From positions 288,001 to 352,000 of the forward strand of contig CAVYTU010000013.1 in assembly GCA_963771465.1 (NCBI GenBank): a stretch of 64,000 nucleotides of DNA. Direction: 5' to 3'. Below the pieces are notes generated by a model. It ran no database searches, had not been told where the DNA came from, and was given only the letters and a program-made list of their open reading frames with translations. The DNA comes from an uncultured delta proteobacterium. GTDB lineage: Bacteria; Desulfobacterota; Binatia; UBA9968. This document shows, piece by piece, positions 53,204 through 62,320 of this stretch. The position numbers were made by a program, and so were the translations under genes. Position 1 is the stretch's first letter. Each line of letters begins with the position of its first letter.

Positions 53204-54577
53204 ATGCCCAAAGACTTACGCAGTTTCATCGCCGAATTGGAAGCCAAGCATCCCGAAGAAGTCGCGCGCGTGACCCAACCGATCTCGCCGCGCTATGAGA
53301 TCACGGCGCTGCTGACGCAATTGGAGAAAGCCAAACGCTTTCCTTTACTCTACTGTGAAAACGTCGAAGGCAGCGACGCGCCGGTGGTGATCAACGCGCA
53401 GGCGAGCCGCAAGCTGATGGCGCTGGCGTTGGAGTGCAAAGCGGAAGAACTCGCCGCGAAATTTACCGAGCGCCAGGGCAAACCGATGGCGCCGGTGGAA
53501 GTAGCCGACGCGCCGGTGCACGAAGTCGTCAAGCTCGGCGACGATGTCGATCTTACTCAAGTGCCGCTGCTCACTCACTATGATGTGAACGCCGCGCCTT
53601 ATGTCACGGCGGGCATTGTCGTCGCCGCTGATGCCGATTCAGGCGTTAGAAACACCAGCTATAACCGGCTGATGATGGCGCGCAAGCGCGAGTTGAGAAT
53701 TTTCATGGCGATCGGCCGCCACCTGTGGACGCTGCAAAACAAAGCGGAACAACGCAACCAAGCGCTGCCCGTCGCCATCGTCGTCGGCGTTCATCCGCTG
53801 TTTTCCCTCGGCGCCCAGGCGTTCACGCCGTCGACCGATGATGAGTACGCCGTCATCGGCGGCATGATGAACGAAGCGCTGCGCGTGGTGAAGGCGAAAA
53901 CCGTGCCGATTTTAGTTCCGGCCGACGCGGAATTGATTATCGAAGGAACGATTTTGCCCAATGTCCGGCGCGAGGAAGGGCCGTTCGGCGAGTTCACCGG
54001 CCATGCGGTTTCCAAAGACGAGCGCCAAGTGATCGAGGTCAGCGCGATTACGCATCGCAAGAACTATATTTTCCAAGATGTCCATGCCGGTTACACCGAG
54101 CACAAGCTCATGGGCGCAGTGCCGCGCGAGGCAGCGTTGATCAAAGCCGTGCGCCAAACCGTGCCGACGGTGAAAAACGTCTGCATGCCAGTATCGGGCA
54201 ATTGCCGTTTTCACGCCTACATTTCGATTTCCAAGCGCACGCCCGGCCAGGCGAAGAACGCGATCTGCGCCGCCTTCGCGTCCGACATGTTGTTGAAGCA
54301 TGTCGTCATTGTCGACGATGACATTGACGTCTTCGACGAAGAGCAGGTGCTCTGGGCGGTGTCCAATCGCTTTCAGGCCGACCGCGGTCTCGTCGTGATA
54401 GCGAACGCCCAAGGCAGCGAGCTCGACCCGTCCGCCGGCCCCGGCGGCGTCAACGCCAAGATGGGCTTGGACGCGACCAAGCCGCTGACCGGTTTCGCGC
54501 CTGAGTTACGAGTGCCGGAAGCAGTGATGCAAAAAATTCGCCTGGAAGATTATTTGCCGAAACTGAGCAAACCGTGA
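53204..54577 (+). CDS. UbiD family prFMN-dependent decarboxylase
   Basis: DLRSFI, RNTSYNR, EGPFGEFTGH, VVIVDDDIDVFD, KMGLDATKP. Confidence 0.92.
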   Translation: MPKDLRSFIAELEAKHPEEVARVTQPISPRYEITALLTQLEKAKRFPLLYCENVEGSDAPVVINAQASRKLMALALECKAEELAAKFTERQGKPMAPVEVADAPVHEVVKLGDDVDLTQVPLLTHYDVNAAPYVTAGIVVAADADSGVRNTSYNRLMMARKRELRIFMAIGRHLWTLQNKAEQRNQALPVAIVVGVHPLFSLGAQAFTPSTDDEYAVIGGMMNEALRVVKAKTVPILVPADAELIIEGTILPNVRREEGPFGEFTGHAVSKDERQVIEVSAITHRKNYIFQDVHAGYTEHKLMGAVPREAALIKAVRQTVPTVKNVCMPVSGNCRFHAYISISKRTPGQAKNAICAAFASDMLLKHVVIVDDDIDVFDEEQVLWAVSNRFQADRGLVVIANAQGSELDPSAGPGGVNAKMGLDATKPLTGFAPELRVPEAVMQKIRLEDYLPKLSKP

Positions 54578-54594
54578 GTCGTGAAGTGAGCCGC

Positions 54595-54657
54595 CAGAAG
54601 TGAGAAGTCGGCGGTCGGATTTCAGGCTTCTGACCTCCGACCTCTGACCTCCGCCTT
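54595..54657. repeat. inverted heptamer arrays between convergent genes
   Basis: CAGAAGT-GAGAAGT-CGGCGGT facing CTGACCT-CCGACCT-CTGACCT-CCGCCTT. Confidence 0.5.
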
Positions 54658-54659
54658 CC

Positions 54660-55631
54660 TCACTCCAACGAAAACTTCACACCCACGCCATTCGCCACCG
54701 CCCAGCGATATGCCCAGGCGGTCGTCACTGTGTCCCAGATCGGCATGCCGACTGACTCGAAGACAACCGTTTCGTTCTCATTTTGGCGCGGCGGAACCTT
54801 GCCGAGAATCACGTCACCCAACTCGCCGGCGATCTTTGCTGCCGACCAACTATCGTCGGCGATCATGGAGGAATAAGGTTGGCGCGGCGCTTCGCCGCCG
54901 AGCACTTCATCTTGCCACGACACGATCACGCGTGAGTGCGCCACCGTTTCGCGCGGCAGTTGGCCGCTGGTGATCGATACAACCAACGCACCGGGCTTGA
55001 TCCACTGGGGCTCGATCACGGGTGAGCGCGAACTGGTCGCCAAGCTAGCGATGGGCATGTTTTCCAAAGCCGCGCGCGCACTGTCCGCTGCTTCGACTTC
55101 GACTCCAAGCCGGGTTGTCATTTCCTTGGCGAAGGCATCCCGATGTTCTTTGGTGGAACTGAATACTTTCACTTTTCGCAATGACGGGACGGCGCGTGCG
55201 ATCGCCACGATCTGTCCGCGCGCTTGCCTGCCGCTGCCGATCAGCCCCAGTTGATCGGCGCCGGCAGGCGCCAAGTATTTACTGGCGACGCCGCCGGGGG
55301 CGCCGGTGCGCCAGACATTTAAGTCGCGGCCTGCCACCAGCCCCAACAAGTCGCCGCGCTCGCCGTCGAAAAGCAGGATAAAGTAAGCATCCTTGACGCC
55401 GCGAAACAGCGCACTGATGCGCATGCCTTGGCCGGCGTTAGGAACGGCCGAGGTCATGATGCGATATTTCTTCTGGCCGTCAAGCAAGCTGGTTTCGACC
55501 CGCGCCTGGCCGCCCACCGCGCCAATGCTCTGCGCGCGCATCGAGTCTTCAATCAACGGCAATAGCTCGTCCATGCGCGTCGGCGTATTTAAAAGCGGCG
55601 CGAGATCGTTTTCACTTAAGATGATCGGCAT
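54660..55631 (-). CDS. ornithine cyclodeaminase/mu-crystallin family protein
   Basis: WRTGAPGG, GLIGSGRQA, GELGDVILGK, VFESVG. Confidence 0.9.
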   Translation of the reverse strand: MPIILSENDLAPLLNTPTRMDELLPLIEDSMRAQSIGAVGGQARVETSLLDGQKKYRIMTSAVPNAGQGMRISALFRGVKDAYFILLFDGERGDLLGLVAGRDLNVWRTGAPGGVASKYLAPAGADQLGLIGSGRQARGQIVAIARAVPSLRKVKVFSSTKEHRDAFAKEMTTRLGVEVEAADSARAALENMPIASLATSSRSPVIEPQWIKPGALVVSITSGQLPRETVAHSRVIVSWQDEVLGGEAPRQPYSSMIADDSWSAAKIAGELGDVILGKVPPRQNENETVVFESVGMPIWDTVTTAWAYRWAVANGVGVKFSLE

Positions 55632-55753
55632 CCGATTCTCCTACTGTTTTTCTTCTTGCACACACTCCTATCTACCTTTATCACCGCTGTCGATGGCCAC
55701 GGAACGATAAGAAATGATACTGTCGGCATGCACCTAATAATATTCTTAAGGAG

Positions 55754-56515
55754 TTGCCGGGTATTCAAGGACTGGTCGGCGGCAGTTTTCATTTTAGCCA
55801 AATCCTCGGCCAAGGCGCCGGCGCGATCCTGCGCGGTTTGCCGCTAAAGATTTCAATGGTCTTCGACACCCGCCCGCTCAACTGGCTTTACGCCAGTAAG
55901 AACATCAAAACGATTCAAGAACTCAGAGGCGGCAAACAGGTCGCGGTGTCAAGCTTCGGCGCAGCGCTCGATCAAATGACCCGCGAGTTGCTCGCGAAAC
56001 ACGGCGTCGATCCCCAGCGCGATGTAGTCCTACGCGCTATCGAACCGACGCCCAATCGGCTCGCCGCATTGCTGACCGGCGTCGTCGACGCCAGCGTGCT
56101 CAATCAGCTCGACCGTTTGATCGCCAAGAAGAATGGCTTCAACGAGCTGCTCTTTTACGGCGACGATCTGGAGTTCGTTACCGCCGGCATCGTCGTGGCG
56201 GAAAAAACGCTGACGCAAAACCCGGAAATGGTGCGTCGCTTTGTGCGCGGCACCTTGCGCGGTTTTCACTGGCTCAAGTCGAGCGTGGCGCGCTTTGCGG
56301 CGGCGATGAAGGTCAGCGAAAGCGAAGCCACCGATGTTTACAAGGCTGCTCTCCGGGTCATGTCCACGGACGGCACAATAGCGGCCGGCCTGCAGGAAAA
56401 AATGATCGCCCTCCAGCGCCGCTCGCTCAAGGTCGAGCGCGACGTCCTACCCGAGCAAGTCTATGACTTCACGATTGTCCGTGCCATCAATGATGAATTA
56501 CGCAAAAATCGCTGA
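55754..56515 (+). pseudogene. N-terminally truncated NMT1/SsuA-like substrate-binding protein
   Basis: Starts mid-domain (GIQGLVGGSFHF, IKTIQELRGG, RLAALLTGVVDA); no signal peptide, and no room for one before the divergent gene at 55631. Confidence 0.6.
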
Positions 56516-56609
56516 CCTAGGACCGATTACCATTTTAGATCCTTCACTCTCCAAGGTACATCCATCCATAGAAACCGATCACTCCAACAGTCCAATGCAC
56601 CTTTCAAGC

Positions 56610-56638
56610 TTGACTTGACACCGGGCATCACCGATACT
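56610..56638 (+). promoter_or_regulatory. candidate sigma70 promoter for the amidase/actin operon
   Basis: TTGACT-N17-GATACT ending 37 bp upstream of the amidase start. Confidence 0.35.
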
Positions 56639-56675
56639 TTTTGAGTTCGCGATTCCCTTTTCAACAAATCAAGCG

Positions 56676-57683
56676 ATGGCGACGGTCGACGAAACCAAGT
56701 CTCGGCTCCTGCGTGGAGTGGTGCAGGATAATATCGATGTGCTGCAAAACGTTAAGGCGCGGCGCCTTAACCGGCGCAAGCGATCTGTCCATCCGTGGAT
56801 TCTCGCTGGCTTGCTGTTGGCGCTAGGCGCCTACGTAATTCAACCCGCATTGCTAGTTTCCACTGCGCCGACGCCCGCTGGCAGCTCCGTCGCGTTGGCA
56901 ACCAGCGCCGTAACGCCGACCGACATCGACCTGACCCCGGAATTGTCCGCGCCGCTGACTAATCCTCGGCCCATCGACCGCGCAGCGATACCGCTCGCGA
57001 TCAAGCGAATCGTCATCGATCCGGGCCACGGCGGCGAGCCCGGCGCAATGTCCGAGTCCGGCGTCGCGGAAAAGGAAATTACTCTGGACGTGGCGCTGCG
57101 GTTGCGCCGTTTGATGGCCCATGATCCCTATGAAGTCCTGCTCACGCGCGAAACCGACCGTCTGATGTCCCTCGACAAGCGCGTCAACTTCGCCAACCAG
57201 CGCAAGGCCGATCTGTTCGTGTCAATCCATGCAAATTGGATGGAGCCGAAAACCATCCGCGCCTTGGAAACTTACTACATCGGACCCACCGACGATCCGG
57301 CGACATTGAAGTTGGCGAGCATGGAAAATAAGGGCTCCGGCTATTCGCTGTCGGATTACAAACAAATTCTTGAGAAAATTTATGTCGATGCCAGACACGA
57401 CGAGTCGCGCGCGCTGGCGAAATCAATTCAGACTAAGCTTTTTCGCTCGCTCAAACTGGTCAATCCCGTGCTCGAGAACCGCGGCGTCAAAACCGCGCCG
57501 TTCGTCGTACTGATCGGCACACAGATGCCCGCTATTTTGGTGGAGATCGCCTGCTTATCCAATGAGGATGAGGTTAAGTTGTTGACAAAAGAGGATTATC
57601 GCGAAAATATCGCCCTGGCTTTGGTGCAGGGCATCCGCAGCTACGCGGCGAGCCTCAATGCACCTAACAGGAAAGGCAGTTAA
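56676..57683 (+). CDS. membrane-anchored N-acetylmuramoyl-L-alanine amidase (Amidase_3)
   Basis: Zn/catalytic motifs IDPGHGG, EKEITL, FVSIHAN, ILVEIACLSN; about 40-aa N-terminus ending in a basic patch, then one TM helix (WILAGLLLALGAYVI) and a Pro/Thr linker. Confidence 0.93.
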   Translation: MATVDETKSRLLRGVVQDNIDVLQNVKARRLNRRKRSVHPWILAGLLLALGAYVIQPALLVSTAPTPAGSSVALATSAVTPTDIDLTPELSAPLTNPRPIDRAAIPLAIKRIVIDPGHGGEPGAMSESGVAEKEITLDVALRLRRLMAHDPYEVLLTRETDRLMSLDKRVNFANQRKADLFVSIHANWMEPKTIRALETYYIGPTDDPATLKLASMENKGSGYSLSDYKQILEKIYVDARHDESRALAKSIQTKLFRSLKLVNPVLENRGVKTAPFVVLIGTQMPAILVEIACLSNEDEVKLLTKEDYRENIALALVQGIRSYAASLNAPNRKGS

Positions 57684-57686
57684 CTC

Positions 57687-58718
57687 ATGGAAGAAACCAA
57701 TGAAACCCTCTGTGTCGGCATCGATCTCGGCACTTCGCGCAGTTCTATTTCCGCATCCAATGGTCAGCGTCACGTCGTCGACAGCTACGTCGGCTGGCCG
57801 GTGGACATGGTGGCGCGCAAGCTGGTCAAAAAAACCGTCCTGGTCGGCCGCGATGCGCTCGACAACCGGTCGATGCTCGACCTGCGCCGGCCGCTTGAGC
57901 GCGGCGTGATGAAAGAAGGTTCGGAAAAAGATCAAGAAGCGGTGCAAGAAATTCTCCGTCATCTGATCGATGTCGCCGGTATCAAACAGAAGGGCAAGGG
58001 TAAAACCAAAGTGCGCGCCGTGGTGGGTGTGCCGGCCGAAGCGTTCCGCGTCAGCCGGCAAAACTTGCGCAACACCATGGAAGGCATCGCCGACAGTGTG
58101 ATGTTGGTTTCCGAACCCTTCGCCGTGGCGTATGGGCTAGAGGCGCTGCTGCACGCGCTGGTGATCGATATCGGCGCCGGCACCGCCGATTTTTGCGTCA
58201 TGCAGGGCCGCTATCCGACCGAAGAGGATCAACGGACGCTGCCCAATGCCGGTGATTCCATTGACGAACAGCTAACAAAACTCATTTCGGAGCGACATCC
58301 GGAAGCGCAGTTTTCGATCCACATGATTCGCGAGTGGAAGGAACGGTGGAGCTTTGTCGGCGAGCCTAAAAGCCGCGTCGTGGTCAGCGCGCCGGTGAAG
58401 GGGAAGCCGACCGAACTCGACATCACCGACGAGATGCGTACCGCCTGCGAGAGCATATTGTCGCCGGTTTGCGAAACTGCCGTGGATTTGCTTTCCAAGG
58501 TCGAACCGGAGTTCCAGGACAAGGTGCGGAACAACATCATACTTGCCGGTGGCACGTCGCTGATTTCGGGCTTTGCCGAGGTGATCCAGAAATCGCTTAT
58601 GGAATTCGGCGGCGGCCGCGCCGTGGTGGTCAAAGATCCTGTGTTCGCCGGCTCTGACGGCAGTCTCGCCATCGCGCGCGATGCGTCGAGCGCAGATTGG
58701 GAGAAACTCTCACTATAA
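57687..58718 (+). CDS. MamK-like bacterial actin
   Basis: GIDLGTS, VGWPVD, RSMLDLRRPL.RG, AVVGVPA, VSEPFAVAYGL, IDIGAGTADFC, P..EDQ.TL..AG, ERHPE, KE.WSFVG, GKP..DIT, NIILAGG, VKDPVF; these match magnetosome MamK as I recall it better than MreB. Confidence 0.88.
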   Translation: MEETNETLCVGIDLGTSRSSISASNGQRHVVDSYVGWPVDMVARKLVKKTVLVGRDALDNRSMLDLRRPLERGVMKEGSEKDQEAVQEILRHLIDVAGIKQKGKGKTKVRAVVGVPAEAFRVSRQNLRNTMEGIADSVMLVSEPFAVAYGLEALLHALVIDIGAGTADFCVMQGRYPTEEDQRTLPNAGDSIDEQLTKLISERHPEAQFSIHMIREWKERWSFVGEPKSRVVVSAPVKGKPTELDITDEMRTACESILSPVCETAVDLLSKVEPEFQDKVRNNIILAGGTSLISGFAEVIQKSLMEFGGGRAVVVKDPVFAGSDGSLAIARDASSADWEKLSL

Positions 58719-58815
58719 TTCGTCGTCGCCGTGGGATCACTCGAACTGCAATTGCGGCAACTCGACGCGCCGATGAATTGGGGCGCTTGAATCATCGAGA
58801 ACCGACGCAGTCACT

Positions 58816-59124
58816 ATGGAAGAATTGATTCCCGATCTGGTCATTTTCATTGCTGGCACCGCCGTGGGGATGCTAATTGCATTAATCGTTCCCGGTCTCT
58901 CCGCCACCGAGAAGAAAACCAGCGAGCTAGTTGCCGCGCGCCGGCGCATGCTTGCCGATATCAAAGAGAAACACCACGAGGAGATTCTCGATCAAGCATT
59001 TCGCACCACCGAAGCGATCCGTGGCGAGCTCGACAAGTCAGTGACCACCTTGCGCAAAACTTTGGATGCCGTGCTGCCGTCCGGTTCAGATCATCCGAGC
59101 GGGCAGAGGAAACCCGCTGGTTAA
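58816..59124 (+). CDS. small single-TM coiled-coil protein (YhcB/ZapG-like architecture)
   Basis: N-terminal TM LVIFIAGTAVGMLIALIV followed by a helical, charged segment. Confidence 0.6.
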   Translation: MEELIPDLVIFIAGTAVGMLIALIVPGLSATEKKTSELVAARRRMLADIKEKHHEEILDQAFRTTEAIRGELDKSVTTLRKTLDAVLPSGSDHPSGQRKPAG

Positions 59125-59274
59125 TTTTCTCGACCCCTGAAGCCGAATTGATCCCTATCACCGTTGGGCGCGTACTGAGCAAAGTTGTCCGATGAGAACT
59201 CAACAATTGGCAGGGAAATCACTGCGAATGAAGGAGTGTTGGCAGCCACGTTTGTGCTGCTGCCGCTAAAACAT

Positions 59275-60201
59275 ATGGCTGAAGATGTCATTAAGCTTGG
59301 GTTGTTCAATCAGGACGCGGCGATCATCGCGGCGAACAAAAAGGGCTTTCTCAAACAAGAAAACATCCAGGTCGAGATCAACACGGTCACCGACTCGCCG
59401 ACTTTGCTGCGCAATTTGATCAGCGGCCGATATGACCTGATCTTAAACAACGCCGACAACGTCATTGCCTGGGCCGAAGGCCAGGGCGAGGACCCGCAGA
59501 AAAACGATTTTGTGATTTTTCTCGGCGGCAGCCAAGGAGTCGATCAAAAGCTTGTCGTCGCCCCGGGAATTAACGACTACCAAGACATCAAAGGCAAACT
59601 CTTGGCCGCCGACGCCGTCACCACCGGTTACGCCGTTGTCGCCATGGCCATCTTAAAGAAATATGGATTGCTATGGAATCGCGACTACACCATGAAATCT
59701 TTCGGCAACACCACGGCGCGCGCCGACGCCATGAGCCGCGGCGATGCCGCCGGCGCTATGATGAGCATGCCCACTGAAGAAATCCAGAAACGAGGATTCA
59801 AAGTTCTCGCCGAAGCGAAAGATCATGTTAAACACTACGCCCGCGGACTCGGCGCCACCCGCCGCGAATGGGCTAATGCAAATGAAGATCTGGTGGTGCG
59901 CTTCACCCGCGCCCTGATCCGCGCCACCGACTGGCTGCAAGACGCCAAGAATAAAGACGAGGCCATCGAACTGCTGCTCGGCGAAACCAATAGCAACAAA
60001 GCGCGCGCCGTGGCGATGTACGAATCGACGCTCAGCCCGACTATGGGTTTGACGGCGCGCAGCCGCATCGACATGGAAGGCATCCGCACGGTGATCGAGC
60101 TGCGCGAGACCGCCGGCCTGATGAAACCGCCGGTGCCAAAGCCGGAAAAGTACGTCGACGAGCGGTTCTATAGTAAAGCGCTGGCGACATTGGCGCGGTA
60201 A
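59275..60201 (+). CDS. NMT1/SsuA-like substrate-binding protein
   Basis: KGFLKQENIQVE, GINDYQDIKGK, KPEKYVDERF; start uncertain. Confidence 0.82.
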   Translation: MAEDVIKLGLFNQDAAIIAANKKGFLKQENIQVEINTVTDSPTLLRNLISGRYDLILNNADNVIAWAEGQGEDPQKNDFVIFLGGSQGVDQKLVVAPGINDYQDIKGKLLAADAVTTGYAVVAMAILKKYGLLWNRDYTMKSFGNTTARADAMSRGDAAGAMMSMPTEEIQKRGFKVLAEAKDHVKHYARGLGATRREWANANEDLVVRFTRALIRATDWLQDAKNKDEAIELLLGETNSNKARAVAMYESTLSPTMGLTARSRIDMEGIRTVIELRETAGLMKPPVPKPEKYVDERFYSKALATLAR

Positions 60202-60252
60202 GTGCCGACGCAAACTAGTCCTACGGCAATTTGGCTTGGGGGTTAATCGAAC

Positions 60253-60341
60253 AAAATCTCCCCTAACCCCTCTTTTTCAAAGAGGGGAAAACTCGAATTC
60301 TGAGTTTCCCCCTTTGAAAAAGGGGGACCAAGGGGGATTTT
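60253..60341. repeat. composite palindromic REP-like element
   Basis: AAAATCTCCCCT...GGGGGATTTT ends enclosing two hairpins CCCCTCTTT..AAAGAGGGG and CCCCCTTT..AAAGGGGG. Confidence 0.7.
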
Positions 60342-60431
60342 CTCATGAGCGAGCTAAAATTTTCGCTTGCGTGTCCACACCAAGTTTGGCTAACTTCTCC
60401 ACTTCAATGAAACAACTCACGGAGGTGACCC

Positions 60432-61070
60432 TTGTTCGAACTCGCCGGTAGAAAAATCGCCAACACGTTGGACGAGTTGATCGAACCCGGGCGCGTGGCG
60501 TTGCTGCTGTGGGACATGGAGTACGGCATCGCGCCGCATGCATTTAACTACCAGCAGGTTTTGCCAAACTTGCAAAGCCTTTCGGCTACCGCGCGCCGAG
60601 TTGGCGTGCCGGTTTTCTATTCAATCCAGCAAGGTTTCGATCTCGCCAAAGAAGAAGCCGGCGTGTGGGTGCGCATCCGCATGAGACGCGCCAACACCAA
60701 CGACCCGAACCAGCTATTGAAACAGAAAGAGAATCCCCACGACAGCGTGATTGTCGAACCACTCAAACCGCAACCGCAGGACAGCGTCTTTCACAAACGC
60801 CGTCCCGATGGCTTTGTTGGCACCGACTTCGATCTCATGCTGCGCAGCAAAGGCGTCAAAACCATCGTGATCGGCGGCGTCGCCACCGAGGGCGGCGTCG
60901 AAGGCACGGCGCGCAGCGCGCGCAATCTTGGTTACGACGTGGTCGTGCTGCGCGACGGCGTCGGCTCGCGCAATCCCGATTTGCATGAAATGGCCTTGAA
61001 GCTAATGCAGCAAACCTTTTTCGACGTGGTTAGCACAGCGGAGGTCGCCGCGATATGGGTGAAAGCATGA
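60432..61070 (+). CDS. isochorismatase / cysteine hydrolase family protein
   Basis: ALLLWDME, KRRPDGFVGTDFD, GVATEGGVEGTAR; the usual catalytic Cys position is Gly. Confidence 0.85.
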   Translation: MFELAGRKIANTLDELIEPGRVALLLWDMEYGIAPHAFNYQQVLPNLQSLSATARRVGVPVFYSIQQGFDLAKEEAGVWVRIRMRRANTNDPNQLLKQKENPHDSVIVEPLKPQPQDSVFHKRRPDGFVGTDFDLMLRSKGVKTIVIGGVATEGGVEGTARSARNLGYDVVVLRDGVGSRNPDLHEMALKLMQQTFFDVVSTAEVAAIWVKA

Positions 61071-62062
61071 GGACTGAGTCAAGAACGACACTTTGCTTGA
61101 TCGTGCTTTTGCTCGAATCTCTCAGCTCAATGCTTTACGCCGCGGATGAGAAGACGATTGAACTGGCGAAAAAAGAAGGCCGGGTCAGCTTCTACACTTC
61201 GATGGGCGCCGATGAGACCAAGATGGTCGCTGACGCCTTCCAGGCGAAGTATCCTGGTATTCGCGTCGAGATCACTCGGCTTGGCAGTGAAAAGCTATTG
61301 CAGAGAATCATCACTGAGAGCCGCGCCGGCAGCCATCTTTTCGATGCCGTCACCAACAGCGGTATGGAAATCCATATGCTCGGCAAGATGAAGCTGCTCG
61401 CGCGTCATTTCCCGCCGGAATTTTCACAGTTCATGCCGGACTCGCGCGACGCCGCCTTCGGTTGGGCCGACATGTATTCCAATCTCCGGCTTGTCGCGTT
61501 CAATACCCGCATGGTGCCGAAGGACAAAATTCCGCGGCGCTACGAAGACTTAACCGACCCGATGTGGAAAGGCCAAATTGGCTTTCCCGAGGGTCAATTT
61601 TCCTGGTTCGCGACTGTGATGAAAACGATGGGAGACGAAGCGGGGAGAAAGTTTTTCCAGGGACTGGCGCGGCAAAATTTGCACTTTCGCAATTCGCAGG
61701 TGCTGGTCACTCAGTTCGTGGCTGCCGGCGAGTTTAGCCTTGGCTTTGTCTATGACACCCAAGTCTTGCGCTTCAAAAAACGCGGCGCGCCGCTCGATAT
61801 CGCGCCGATGCCGTTCATCACCAAAAATATTCATCCGCTCGCCCTCGCCGCCCACGCGCCCCGTCCCAACGCCGGCAAAGTTTTCATCGACTATGTTTTG
61901 TCCAAAGAGGGGCAAATGCTGATCAAAAACATGGGCCGGGTAATCTCGCGCAGCGATATTCCCCAGGAAGATTTCGCCCGCGCCAAAATCATCTCCGAAG
62001 ACCCCGCCATCGCCGACCGGCTGAATCCCGTGATGGAGGAGTATAAGAGATATTTGCATTGA
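61067..62062 (+). CDS. extracellular solute-binding protein (Fe3+-type cluster)
   Basis: AKKEGRVSFY, IPRRYEDLTDPMWKG, APRPNAGKVFIDYVLSKEGQ. Confidence 0.88.
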   Translation: MRTESRTTLCLIVLLLESLSSMLYAADEKTIELAKKEGRVSFYTSMGADETKMVADAFQAKYPGIRVEITRLGSEKLLQRIITESRAGSHLFDAVTNSGMEIHMLGKMKLLARHFPPEFSQFMPDSRDAAFGWADMYSNLRLVAFNTRMVPKDKIPRRYEDLTDPMWKGQIGFPEGQFSWFATVMKTMGDEAGRKFFQGLARQNLHFRNSQVLVTQFVAAGEFSLGFVYDTQVLRFKKRGAPLDIAPMPFITKNIHPLALAAHAPRPNAGKVFIDYVLSKEGQMLIKNMGRVISRSDIPQEDFARAKIISEDPAIADRLNPVMEEYKRYLH

Positions 62063-62320
62063 ACGCGGGCCAACGGCCTCTGCTCCGACGTCGATCCAAT
62101 GGACGGAGTCGAAAATTTAGCGACCAGCAGTTTCATGATTCGAGTTTCTTGCCGAAATTGAATTGATTTCCGCGCAGCCGGTTTCCCAAGCTGGCTACTG
62201 AGTAAGGTCATTCCAAAAGCTTCGAGAGTCCGTCATACCCGAGCGCGGCTACTAGCTTGTAAAACTTCAGGTGCAGGAATAAGTAAGAGTGATATTGAAG
62301 ATCTGAAATAGGACGCACGC

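Noticed and set aside
57687-58718. Magnetosome island or canonical mreB
   Set aside because: No other mam genes and no mreC/mreD in the window; motifs fit MamK-like actins, so magnetotaxis cannot be claimed
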